From positions 978-64,977 of the forward strand of contig CALFEP010000305.1 of the NCBI GenBank assembly GCA_937950125.1: a stretch of DNA of 64,000 nucleotides, written 5' to 3'. The stretch's first letter is position 1. Each line of letters opens with the position of its first letter. This DNA comes from an uncultured Bacteroidota bacterium (GTDB taxonomy: Bacteria; Bacteroidota; Bacteroidia; Bacteroidales; 4484-276). Positions 44,601 to 52,208 of this stretch are shown in pieces. A program made the position numbers and the translations under genes. The notes under the pieces are model-generated. The model had not been told where the DNA came from. It saw only the letters and a list, made by a program, of their open reading frames with translations, and searched no databases.

Positions 44601-45242
44601 AATTTGTCTGAAGGAATTGTTTACCGGGTTGAAATGATAAAAATTTCCGGTTTGAGATACTGCTATCAGGTGGTTTCCTTTAAAAGGGAAGAAAGAAAAA
44701 GAACGGACATAACTTTGGGGAGTGTTTTCGTCACCCAGATAATACTTGTTTACCTGATCTGCATTATAACGGTACACAGAGTTCATATCCGAGAACCAGA
44801 CATTTCGGTTTTGATCTTCAAAAAAGCCCTTTGGAAAAGCAACCACGCTGTCGCTGGATTTAGCAGCACCTGAAAGGATATTTTTTATTTTGGCCGAGTT
44901 CAAATCGTATAAAATCTGGTCGAAGCCCATGTCAGAATTTACGAAAAGCTCACCATTGCGGTTGCAGTAAACCGATTTGATGTATTTTGAAGCGATCAGG
45001 TGTGAATAATCGATGAATTCCTGTCCGTTGTACCTCAACAAACCCCCGTCAGTACCAATCCACATGAATCCTGTTGAGTCGAATGCTATCGACTTTACAA
45101 TCTCGTTAAGCAGTCCGTTATCCTGGGTGTACATCTTCACACCAAAATCCTGAGGACAGGTTTTCACTGACAACAATGCCGTAAATACAACTGATGTGGC
45201 TATGTAAACAAACCGCCTGATAACTGACATGAAATAAACCAT
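41691..45242 (-). CDS. Hybrid sensor histidine kinase/response regulator with a periplasmic two-component propeller (Reg_prop/Y_Y_Y) sensor; no DNA-binding domain
   Basis: The HisKA motif is 'FLSTMSHEIRTPMNGVIG'. HATPase_c shows 'KFGGTGLGLAI'. The C-terminal REC domain reads 'ILLVEDNLIN...LVLMDLHLPEVDG...KPF'. A long N-terminal beta-propeller-type repeat region and one TM ('WAWTIFAALMALFIYLF') precede these. The start is uncertain (ATG 45242 or 45230); the 45350 TTG in the ORF track is unlikely. Confidence 0.85.
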   Translation of the reverse strand: MVYFMSVIRRFVYIATSVVFTALLSVKTCPQDFGVKMYTQDNGLLNEIVKSIAFDSTGFMWIGTDGGLLRYNGQEFIDYSHLIASKYIKSVYCNRNGELFVNSDMGFDQILYDLNSAKIKNILSGAAKSSDSVVAFPKGFFEDQNRNVWFSDMNSVYRYNADQVNKYYLGDENTPQSYVRSFSFFPFKGNHLIAVSQTGNFYHFNPVNNSFRQIDNNFSLRNISAVLPMANNKILLGANDQLIEFEIFENATIGNFRVINTGIDASCFLANPDSSFYVGCWSQGLWLGKRQGNEYAFQKVDQVTITGAVNQIVSHQKNLLLATDNGIFSLKEKMFSAPFNQISRSYIHDVRYDVDNHNIYFSNGNKVMKIDEYTLTPSIVYESPGSLMLQVYPDNNSVWISDNQGVLRLVQNGSVVRTVNLNGYGSAIYNINKDEQGNIWICQDGLTGIIRISPDNQIRVFAENDGLHSRVNFTKNSPYSYIFLGASGDDNYLYYFNIDQDKIVNISKPLPFEIDGNFMVNDLGFDKSGIMWLATNHGLLQVRGNEIERADLENLTDDDIKGITIDKNDNLWLATSIGAVKYDGTNIMIFDHFEGLPSKTVNFRNIVTDAQNRIWAGTLLGISYTNNKLKPSKTSDPRLLAISEKGVPVKNINKRQFDNFAYLGFSFISPEYPTEGIDYMVKMTGKNDEWQYTKGKNEVIYTDFDAGKYSFLVKAKQRGNYLWSDPMEYSFTIYTVWYLTWWAWTIFAALMALFIYLFAKWRSQRLEAEKVKLNRQVSERTKELEKKTIEIEAKNTQLIIAKDEAERSSKAKAEFLSTMSHEIRTPMNGVIGMINILLMENPKPEQLDNLNTLKFSAHNLLSLINDILDFNKIDAGKIDLERIEFDLKEVVKNIKMGFEPSAKEKGITIDVVFEDNIPDVLVGDPTRTSQVLTNLVGNSIKFTEKGEVLIILSKRLRPGNQIEVTFRVKDTGIGISPEKLEHIFESFSQASSDTTRKFGGTGLGLAITKKLLELMGSRIQVKSKVGVGSEFSFRLIFDVSDKPKVVKKVETEGVVFPSLKGYKILLVEDNLINIKIAKQILEKWDLEVDVAKDGREAINMFTPGKYHLVLMDLHLPEVDGYGATIEIRKVDAHIPIIALTAAALVQEKEKVFSSGMNDFIAKPFKPHELYNKITTNVLKVPLK

Positions 45243-45350
45243 GTTTTGTGTTTTTTCTAAAGGGCCTTTCGGCTTTCCTTCAATAGAACAAAGGAAAACT
45301 AAAACCTCATGAGATTTTGCAAAGTTCATGAGTTTTTTTAATAACTTCAA

Positions 45351-45390
45351 AAAAAATACCGGTTATGAAGCCCGGTACCTTTTTTTTATT
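45351..45390 (-). terminator. Rho-independent terminator after the glutamine synthetase gene
   Basis: The structure is A-run, TACCGG (45357-45362), loop, CCGGTA (45372-45377), then CC-T8. T-runs are available on both strands. Confidence 0.6.
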
Positions 45391-45416
45391 TTGCAAGAAT
45401 CACTAAAAAAGATGTT

Positions 45417-46919
45417 TCAACCACAATGGAAGTATGTTTTAACAAGCGCCATAATAGCTTCGTTGTTACTTCCCAAATCCTGACGCAGCGTTTTGTCGTC
45501 GAATTTTTTAAGTTTTTTTATAATATTGTTAATCACGCCTTCAGGGAAAATTCCCCCGTTGGTAAAAACATGTGCCATATTTTGGAGACAATCAGCCGAC
45601 TCCCAACACGAAAGAGGTAATTTTTTAAGTGCGGTTACTTTTTCCTGGTGGTCATCATGGAAAATATTTACGTCAACATAGGTTCGTTCAGCGTATTCAA
45701 GGCTGTCCTCCATGGTCAGTCCATGCAAAGCAGCCACAGTCAGGCCGGCTAACAGGAGATAAATATCGGCTGAACCATCAGGGCTTCGAAATTCAACGGT
45801 TTGCCGTTCATCAAATTCACTTTCCGACTGTTGCTGACTGGGATTGGCATCAAGGTACATGTTTTTGTTTCCGGTCCAGCCCAGCGGAACCCTTACCAGA
45901 ACCGACCTGTTGCGGTCGCCCCAGCAGATATTGGTTGGGGCCTCCTGGTGTGGAACAAGCCTGTAATAGGAAGTAGGAATGGTGTTCCCAAAGGCAGTAA
46001 GCGAAGAAGCAAGGTCGAGGTAGCCCGAAATGGCTTTTTTGGCAATATCACTCAGCACGCCGTTTTCAATCATCATATTCCGGCCATCTTTAACCAGTTT
46101 GGTGTGAATGTGCATGCCACTTCCGGCTTTTCCCACAGTAATTTTTGGGGCAAAAGTAATGGTCAATCCATGTTTGTAGGCCAGTGTCCGCAGTATCCAT
46201 TTGGCGATTAGCAGTTGGTCAGCAGCCTCTTCGAGTGGCGAGGGCGAAAACTCAAGTTCGTTTTGTTCGTATTCGATGTTGCCAACACTAAAGTTTCCCA
46301 CCTCGCTGTGGCCATATTTCAGATTTCCGCCAGCCTGGGCAATGGCAAGCATGGCTTCACGCCTGAACTGTTCCCATTTTGCAAAAGGCGATGACTCGTG
46401 ATAACCCTTTTGGTCAGGGGTTTGATAAAGCTCCTGTTTTTCGCTGATGATATAAAACTCAAGTTCGCCCATCACATGAAACGAAAGCCCGGTTTTTTCC
46501 TGCAAACGCCGGTGAGCCTTTTTCAGGATGTATTCAGGGGCGCTTTCGAGCGGATTGCCGTCTTTATCGTAATATGAACACAAAATATCGATGGAAGGAA
46601 TTTCGCTGAAGGGATTCAGAAAAGCTGTCCTGTAACGCGGAATAACGTAAAGATCGCTCGAACCGGCTTCGATGTGCGAAAACAAGCTTGACCCGTCAAC
46701 CCGCTCACCCATCGTAAGGATGTCTTCGAGATGACGCCGGCTGTTGATGACAAAGCTTAATGTTTTCAGCCTTCCGTCTTCTCCGGCATACCTGAAATTT
46801 ATCATTTCGATATTGTGATCTTCGATGTACAAAATCAAATCTTCCCGTGTGAAAAATTCGGGCGATTTGTTCAGATATTGAACCAATGGGTTCGGATTCA
46901 TCAAAATTTTATTCTTCAT
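45417..46919 (-). CDS. glnA: Glutamine synthetase (500-aa form)
   Basis: GS catalytic-domain motifs are 'GKAGSGMHIHTKL' and 'RNRSVLVRVP'. A beta-grasp N-terminal region is present. The TGA stop is followed by a terminator. Confidence 0.8.
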   Translation of the reverse strand: MKNKILMNPNPLVQYLNKSPEFFTREDLILYIEDHNIEMINFRYAGEDGRLKTLSFVINSRRHLEDILTMGERVDGSSLFSHIEAGSSDLYVIPRYRTAFLNPFSEIPSIDILCSYYDKDGNPLESAPEYILKKAHRRLQEKTGLSFHVMGELEFYIISEKQELYQTPDQKGYHESSPFAKWEQFRREAMLAIAQAGGNLKYGHSEVGNFSVGNIEYEQNELEFSPSPLEEAADQLLIAKWILRTLAYKHGLTITFAPKITVGKAGSGMHIHTKLVKDGRNMMIENGVLSDIAKKAISGYLDLASSLTAFGNTIPTSYYRLVPHQEAPTNICWGDRNRSVLVRVPLGWTGNKNMYLDANPSQQQSESEFDERQTVEFRSPDGSADIYLLLAGLTVAALHGLTMEDSLEYAERTYVDVNIFHDDHQEKVTALKKLPLSCWESADCLQNMAHVFTNGGIFPEGVINNIIKKLKKFDDKTLRQDLGSNNEAIMALVKTYFHCG

Positions 46920-46958
46920 ACCTGGTTAATTACGTCAATTCGTTAAAAAAAAGGGGCG

Positions 46959-46966
46959 CAAACATA
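46959..46966 (-). promoter_or_regulatory. Candidate -7 box (TATGTTTG on the minus strand)
   Basis: It lies 40 nt upstream of the glnA ATG at 46919. Confidence 0.3.
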
Positions 46967-47113
46967 GGCATTCTTTTTCAGAGAAAACGGCTTTTGTTAT
47001 CAAAATCACAGTACATTTCTTAACACATTTTTTTTAAGCGTCAATAGCACTAAAAAGGAGAAATTTGTTGACTGCAGGCACTAAAAAAACTGATTGCTGT
47101 AAATTAAATTTTT

Positions 47114-47121
47114 TAGTTTTG
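47114..47121 (+). promoter_or_regulatory. Candidate -7 box (TAGTTTTG)
   Basis: It lies 56 nt upstream of the iorA ATG at 47177. Confidence 0.3.
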
Positions 47122-47176
47122 CCCGTGTTAGAATCGTAACAGAACTGTTAATATCAATAATACAATACGAATAAAA

Positions 47177-48790
47177 ATGCAGAAATTATTATTGCTGGGT
47201 GATGAGGCAATAGCGCAGGCAGCCATCGATGCCGGATTGACAGGAATTTTTGCCTACCCCGGAACGCCATCAACCGAAATTACCGAATACGTTCAACACT
47301 CGAAACAGGCAGCCCAAAAGAAAATAAGAGCAGCCTGGTCAGCCAACGAAAAAACAGCCATGGAAGCAGCGTTGGGAGTTTCTTATGTTGGAAAGCGGGC
47401 GATGGTTTGTATGAAACACGTCGGATTAAATGTAGCCGCCGATGCTTTCATCAATGCAGGTATGACCGGCGCAAACGGTGGACTGATTGTTGTTTCGGCT
47501 GATGATCCGTCGATGCATTCATCACAAAATGAGCAGGATAGCCGTTTCTACGGAAAATTTGCCATGATTCCCACCCTGGAACCTTCAAATCAACAGGAAG
47601 CCTACGACATGGTGTATTATGGTTACGAACTTTCCGAAAAACTTGGAACCCCGGTTCTGATGCGGATTACCACCCGGCTTGCCCACTCGAGGGCTGCCGT
47701 GGCTCGCCGTCCCGAACTTCCACAGAATGAATTAAGGCTTCCGTCCGATTTGAAACAATTCATCCTCTTGCCTGCCATTGCACGTAAAAGATACAAGGGT
47801 TTGATTGCGAAACAGGACATTTTTATCGATGAAGCCGTGAAATCGGGATTCAACAAATATCTTGAAGGTTCCGACCATTCGCTGGGAATTATCGCCTGTG
47901 GCATTGCCTATAATTATCTGATGGAAAATTTTCAGGAAACTGAAATTCCCTACCCTGTTCTTAAAATTACCCAGTATCCTGTTCCCAGAAATTTACTGGA
48001 AAGAATGGTGAATGAGTGTGACCAAATTCTTGTTCTCGAGGAGGGTTACCCGATAATCGAAGAACTTTTAAGGGGATTTCTGATGAAATGCCTCAAGATA
48101 AAAGGACGGCTCGATGGTACCATTCAGCGCGATGGCGAGTTGAATCCCACAAAAGTTGCACAGGCTTTGGGAATGGAAGTTACACCTGGCGCCGAAATTC
48201 CCTCAATCGTGGCCGGCAGACCACCCTCACTCTGTGTGGGATGTTCGCACCGCGACGCTTACAATGCACTCAATGAGGCACTTGCTGAATATTCAAAGGG
48301 CAGGGTTTTTTCTGATATCGGTTGTTACACACTGGGCGCCCTGGCGCCTTTTGATGCCATAAATACCTGCGTTGACATGGGTGCATCCATTACGATGGCA
48401 AAAGGAGCTGCCGAAGCAGGACTTGTGCCTGCAGTGGCAGTCATTGGCGATTCCACTTTTACCCATTCGGGAATTACCGGTCTGCTCGACGCAGTGAACG
48501 ACAATACACCCATTACTGTGATTATTGCCGATAATGCAACCACCGGAATGACAGGCGGACAAACTTCATCGGCAACCGGAAAAATTGAAGCCATTTGTCG
48601 TGGTGTTGGCGTAGAAGAAGAACACATCAGGGTGATTAAACCCCTGAAAAAGCATCACGAAGAAAATGTTAAAGTCATCCTCGATGAATTGAATTATCAT
48701 GGAGTTTCGGTGATAATTCCACGACGCGAGTGTATTCAGACCCTGAACAAAAGAATGCGCGAAAAAGCCAAAACAACACAAAGCGAATAA
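47177..48790 (+). CDS. iorA: Indolepyruvate:ferredoxin oxidoreductase, alpha subunit (TPP-dependent)
   Basis: The N-terminus 'LLLGDEAIAQAAIDAGL...YPGTPSTEI' and the TPP-binding region 'GDSTFTHSGITGL' are present, together with 'CVGCSH'. It is followed by iorB. Confidence 0.85.
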   Translation: MQKLLLLGDEAIAQAAIDAGLTGIFAYPGTPSTEITEYVQHSKQAAQKKIRAAWSANEKTAMEAALGVSYVGKRAMVCMKHVGLNVAADAFINAGMTGANGGLIVVSADDPSMHSSQNEQDSRFYGKFAMIPTLEPSNQQEAYDMVYYGYELSEKLGTPVLMRITTRLAHSRAAVARRPELPQNELRLPSDLKQFILLPAIARKRYKGLIAKQDIFIDEAVKSGFNKYLEGSDHSLGIIACGIAYNYLMENFQETEIPYPVLKITQYPVPRNLLERMVNECDQILVLEEGYPIIEELLRGFLMKCLKIKGRLDGTIQRDGELNPTKVAQALGMEVTPGAEIPSIVAGRPPSLCVGCSHRDAYNALNEALAEYSKGRVFSDIGCYTLGALAPFDAINTCVDMGASITMAKGAAEAGLVPAVAVIGDSTFTHSGITGLLDAVNDNTPITVIIADNATTGMTGGQTSSATGKIEAICRGVGVEEEHIRVIKPLKKHHEENVKVILDELNYHGVSVIIPRRECIQTLNKRMREKAKTTQSE

Positions 48791-48811
48791 TTTTTACAAA
48801 ATACAGGAATC

Positions 48812-49399
48812 ATGAAAAAAGATATCATTCTGGGCGGAGTAGGAGGGCAGGGAATCCTTTCGATAGCAGCCATAATTGGGCTTGCAGCCGTAGAAGCCGG
48901 TCTGTTTCTGAAACAGGCCGAAGTTCACGGGATGAGCCAGCGTGGCGGCGACGTTCAGTCGAATTTAAGATTGTCGGACAAAATTATTTATTCCGACCTG
49001 ATCCCAATTGGTAAAGCCGATATGATCATAGCGGTTGAACCCATGGAATCGTTGCGCTACCTGCCCATGCTTGCACCCGATGGCTGGCTGATAACCAACA
49101 CACAAACTTTTGTCAATATTCCCAATTATCCTGACAAAGATGTGCTGATGGCCGAAATTGGAAAAGTAAAACACCACATTGCCATCGATGCTGACAAAAT
49201 TGCCAAAGACATGGGTACACTAAAATCGGCCAACATGGTTGTGCTTGGAGCCGCCAGTCCGTTTCTCGACCTGAGTTACGAATTGTTGGAAAAAGCAATC
49301 GGTATGTTGTTTGGCCGCAAAGGCGAAAATGTGGTTGCCGTCAACCTTCAGGCCATGAACGCAGGACGTGATTTTGCATTAAATGCTTTAAAATCCTGA
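48812..49399 (+). CDS. iorB: Indolepyruvate:ferredoxin oxidoreductase, beta subunit
   Basis: It contains 'ILGGVGGQGILSIA...HGMSQRGG', is 195 aa long and lies immediately downstream of iorA. Confidence 0.85.
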   Translation: MKKDIILGGVGGQGILSIAAIIGLAAVEAGLFLKQAEVHGMSQRGGDVQSNLRLSDKIIYSDLIPIGKADMIIAVEPMESLRYLPMLAPDGWLITNTQTFVNIPNYPDKDVLMAEIGKVKHHIAIDADKIAKDMGTLKSANMVVLGAASPFLDLSYELLEKAIGMLFGRKGENVVAVNLQAMNAGRDFALNALKS

Positions 49400-49425
49400 T
49401 TGCTAAATACTCATCAATACCAAGA

Positions 49426-49449
49426 GGCGGGCAATTCCCGCCTTTTTTG
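49426..49449 (+). terminator. Rho-independent terminator after iorB
   Basis: The structure is GGCGGG (49426-49431), loop caatt, CCCGCC (49437-49442), then T6. Confidence 0.75.
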
Positions 49450-49603
49450 TGTCACAACAGCATTCAAATTGAATAGAAATATTAAACTGTTTCTTACAGA
49501 TTTCACATCAGAACCTGTTTGGATGCCTTGAATACAAGGAAAAAGAGGTTTTAGTTTTATCTCAACCGGAAGTGGTGAGGCATTAAACCAAAGACATAAT
49601 TTT

Positions 49604-49611
49604 TATTTTTG
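49604..49611 (+). promoter_or_regulatory. Candidate -7 box (TATTTTTG)
   Basis: It lies 13 nt upstream of the ATG at 49624. Confidence 0.3.
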
Positions 49612-49623
49612 CCCAAAAAAAGT

Positions 49624-49962
49624 ATGAGGAACCTGGTTAAAAATTTTCTTCCAACAGCTTTTATCACCATTGCCTTTGTGCTGGTTTCAGCTGCTTATGA
49701 GCCACCGCTTCAGCCGGTCAGGGCCGATAATGCTGATTCGGCAAATATTGCCATTGCAGAGTTTACTGTTCTGGGAATGGATTCGTCAACAGTTGGTTGG
49801 GTACAGGAAAGACTCGATACTGTTGAAGGCATTCATTTTAATTTTGCCTGTTGGGCTGATACAATTATTTTCATCGAATACGACAGTTTAAAAACCGATA
49901 AGGAAAAACTAATGGGTGTTATAAAAAAACTTGGATATCAGCCGAAACCCAAATATCATTAA
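49624..49962 (+). CDS. Small membrane-anchored protein with a degenerate HMA-like (ferredoxin-fold) domain lacking CxxC
   Basis: An N-terminal TM 'TAFITIAFVLVSAA' is followed by 'AEFTVLGMDSSTVGWVQERLDTVEGI...IIFIEYD...KLGYQP', which resembles an HMA domain but has no metal-binding cysteines. The start is moved from the TTG at 49609 to the ATG at 49624. Confidence 0.4.
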   Translation: MRNLVKNFLPTAFITIAFVLVSAAYEPPLQPVRADNADSANIAIAEFTVLGMDSSTVGWVQERLDTVEGIHFNFACWADTIIFIEYDSLKTDKEKLMGVIKKLGYQPKPKYH

Positions 49963-50003
49963 CCCTTTTAGCCTCAACTAAACATTTCATAGACTCACGA
50001 TTA

Positions 50004-51257
50004 ATGATTGCCAACTTAAAAAAGATAATTTTCATTCTGTCGGTTTTAATAGTAATTACAGCCATTGGCCTTATCTATTATCTTTTGACAAATGAAAAAC
50101 CTGAGCCCCCGCCGGTAGAACCGCCGGAGCCAAAAATGTTGTACGGAATAAACATCGACTCGCTGGATGTAATCAACGAGACGGTTCAAAAGAATCAAAA
50201 TCTTTCTGGTATTTTAACCCTTTATGGTGTTGATATGGTTACAATAGACCAGTTGGCAAAGCAGGCAAAGCAGGTTTTTGATGTGAGGAAAATACGGTTT
50301 GGGAACAAATATTCCATTTTTGTTGACAGAACTCCACAGCGAAAAGCACAGTATTTTATCTATGAAATTTCATCGGTTGATTATGTGGTTTTTGAATTAG
50401 GAAGCGATTTGAAGGCCCGCCGTGAGCAAAAAGAAGTTAAACTTACGGTTGATACAGCCATTGGCGTCATCAGAACATCACTTTGGGATGCCATGATCGA
50501 AAACCACAACGACCCGAATCTGGCCAACGACCTGTCAGAAATTTATGCCTGGACCATCGATTTCTTTGGCATTCAAAAAGGTGATAATTACAAGGTCATT
50601 TATGAAAGCTTGTGGGTGGAAGGCAAAAGAATTGGGATTGGCAAAATATTGGCAGCCAATTTTAATCATTACAATGTTGATTATAACGCATTTTATTTTG
50701 TTCAGGATTTGAAGGGCGATTATTTTGACGAAAAAGCCAACAGCCTTCGCAGGGCATTTTTAAAGGCTCCGTTAAAATTCAAGCGGATCAGTTCTCATTT
50801 TTCGCACAGCCGCATGCACCCGGTGCTTAAATACCGGCGTCCACACCTGGGAGTTGATTACGCCGCCGACGTCGGCACGCCGGTTGTTACCATTGGCGAC
50901 GGCACAGTTATCAGCGCCGACTGGAGTGGTGGAGGTGGGCGAACCGTTAAAATAAAGCACAACGGAACTTATTCGACCACCTACATGCACCTCTCAAAAT
51001 ACGGGGAAGGAATAAGAGCCGGAGCACGCGTGAGGCAGGGTCAGGTAGTTGGTTACGTGGGTAGTTCGGGGCTTTCGACAGGCCCACACCTCGATTTCCG
51101 GTTTTACAAAAACGGCCAGCCCATCGATCCTCTGAAAGTCGAATCACCGCCGGCTGAGCCAGTTAAAACTGAAAACCTACAAAATTTTATACTTGAAAAA
51201 GATAAATGGTTGCGTTTGTTGAAACGCATCAGGATTCCCGGAATAGAAACAGTTTGA
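50004..51257 (+). CDS. M23 family metalloendopeptidase (peptidoglycan hydrolase type), membrane anchored
   Basis: Motifs are 'HLGVDYAADVGTPV' (HxxxD), 'YMHLS' and 'GLSTGPHLDFRF' (HxH region). An N-terminal TM is present. Confidence 0.85.
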   Translation: MIANLKKIIFILSVLIVITAIGLIYYLLTNEKPEPPPVEPPEPKMLYGINIDSLDVINETVQKNQNLSGILTLYGVDMVTIDQLAKQAKQVFDVRKIRFGNKYSIFVDRTPQRKAQYFIYEISSVDYVVFELGSDLKARREQKEVKLTVDTAIGVIRTSLWDAMIENHNDPNLANDLSEIYAWTIDFFGIQKGDNYKVIYESLWVEGKRIGIGKILAANFNHYNVDYNAFYFVQDLKGDYFDEKANSLRRAFLKAPLKFKRISSHFSHSRMHPVLKYRRPHLGVDYAADVGTPVVTIGDGTVISADWSGGGGRTVKIKHNGTYSTTYMHLSKYGEGIRAGARVRQGQVVGYVGSSGLSTGPHLDFRFYKNGQPIDPLKVESPPAEPVKTENLQNFILEKDKWLRLLKRIRIPGIETV

Positions 51258-51286
51258 TGTTCAGTGGTGCAATTCCATTTACATTT

Positions 51287-51391
51287 TTAGTTACTAAATT
51301 GTTAGTTACTAAATTGTAAGTTACAAAGTTGTAAGTTACAAAAATGTAAGTTACAAAGTTGTAAGTTACAAAGTTGTAAGTTGATAAAATC
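51287..51391. repeat. Seven tandem copies of a 15-bp unit (TAAGTTACAAAGTTG consensus)
   Basis: Units start at 51287, 51302, 51317, 51332, 51347, 51362 and 51377 (the last is degenerate). Adjacent units create the palindrome TTACAA-AG-TTGTAA. Confidence 0.95.
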
Positions 51392-51495
51392 AGGCATTGG
51401 TTAACAAAGAAATTATTGAAATACAGGGAGATAAAATCGATTTTATCGATCCGATGTTTAAATTCTGGCTAAAAAAATTCTATTTTAAACTATGA
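51391..51495 (+). pseudogene. Possible 3' remnant of a DUF234-type AAA ATPase gene
   Basis: The short open frame 'QALVNKEIIEIQGDKIDFIDPMFKFWLKKFYFKL*' resembles the C-terminal winged-helix end of DUF234 ATPases ('...Y.i.D.ff.FWf'). It has no start codon and is preceded by a stop and the repeat array. Confidence 0.3.
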
Positions 51496-51525
51496 TTCTC
51501 TATCAAAAAATGTTGGTTAATCAGT

Positions 51526-52137
51526 TTACGCATCAGCTTTTTTCATCTCTTCTTCCAGTGCAAGCTGCATTTGGCTGATATTGTGTCGTTTGCCCTGCTC
51601 CAGAATTGTACGGCCATAGTCGGTATGAAACTCGTGATCTCTGAAAAATGAAAGTGTAATGTTTATGTATTTCGTCATGGTTGAATGTCGGCCATGAAAA
51701 GCGGCCAGTTCATTCCAGAAATTATGTGCATTTTCCATAAAATCGGGCTGCGAAACGTTGTAAAGGTCGGCATCGCACAAAATGGAAGATAACTCATCGG
51801 TAGGCTTCTGAGGTACGCGGGTCGCTTCGATGCACCTTTCCACCTGTGCAATAAAATCATCCACACATCCTTTTTCAGTGAGAAAATGGCGGGCTTCATT
51901 TTTACTAAGGTCTTCGTGGTTTATTTTGTTTTCGAGATAACCCACATCGTGGAACCAGGCTGCTACCAACAAGGCATCCTCCCGACTGCCATTAACGCCA
52001 CACTTTGCGGCAATGGTCTTTGCCGCATTCACCACATAACGGGTATGACCCAGGTTGTGGTAAAATAGTTTTCCATCAGTTTTTTGTTCAAAAAGACGGG
52101 TCACATGTTTTTCGACTGCCTGAAGGATGTCTTTCAT
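51526..52137 (-). CDS. HD-domain metal-dependent phosphohydrolase
   Basis: It contains 'YHNLGHTRYV' and 'AAWFHDVGY' (the H...HD motif). Confidence 0.75.
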   Translation of the reverse strand: MKDILQAVEKHVTRLFEQKTDGKLFYHNLGHTRYVVNAAKTIAAKCGVNGSREDALLVAAWFHDVGYLENKINHEDLSKNEARHFLTEKGCVDDFIAQVERCIEATRVPQKPTDELSSILCDADLYNVSQPDFMENAHNFWNELAAFHGRHSTMTKYINITLSFFRDHEFHTDYGRTILEQGKRHNISQMQLALEEEMKKADA

Positions 52138-52208
52138 TCGTTTGATTTAAAAGTATGTGGATTGGGGATAAATTCTCATTGAAATATTCTTTTTCAACAA
52201 CAGTTGTG

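Noticed and set aside
3432-45242. Mobile element, genomic island or diversity-generating retroelement as the origin of the repetitive cargo genes.
   Set aside because: The window contains no integrase, transposase, reverse transcriptase, flanking direct or inverted repeats, or tRNA attachment site. I saw no obvious compositional break at the block boundaries by eye. The repeats are in-frame protein modules.
51287-51391. CRISPR array.
   Set aside because: The units are 15 bp and directly abutting with no spacers, and no cas genes are present. This is a simple tandem repeat.
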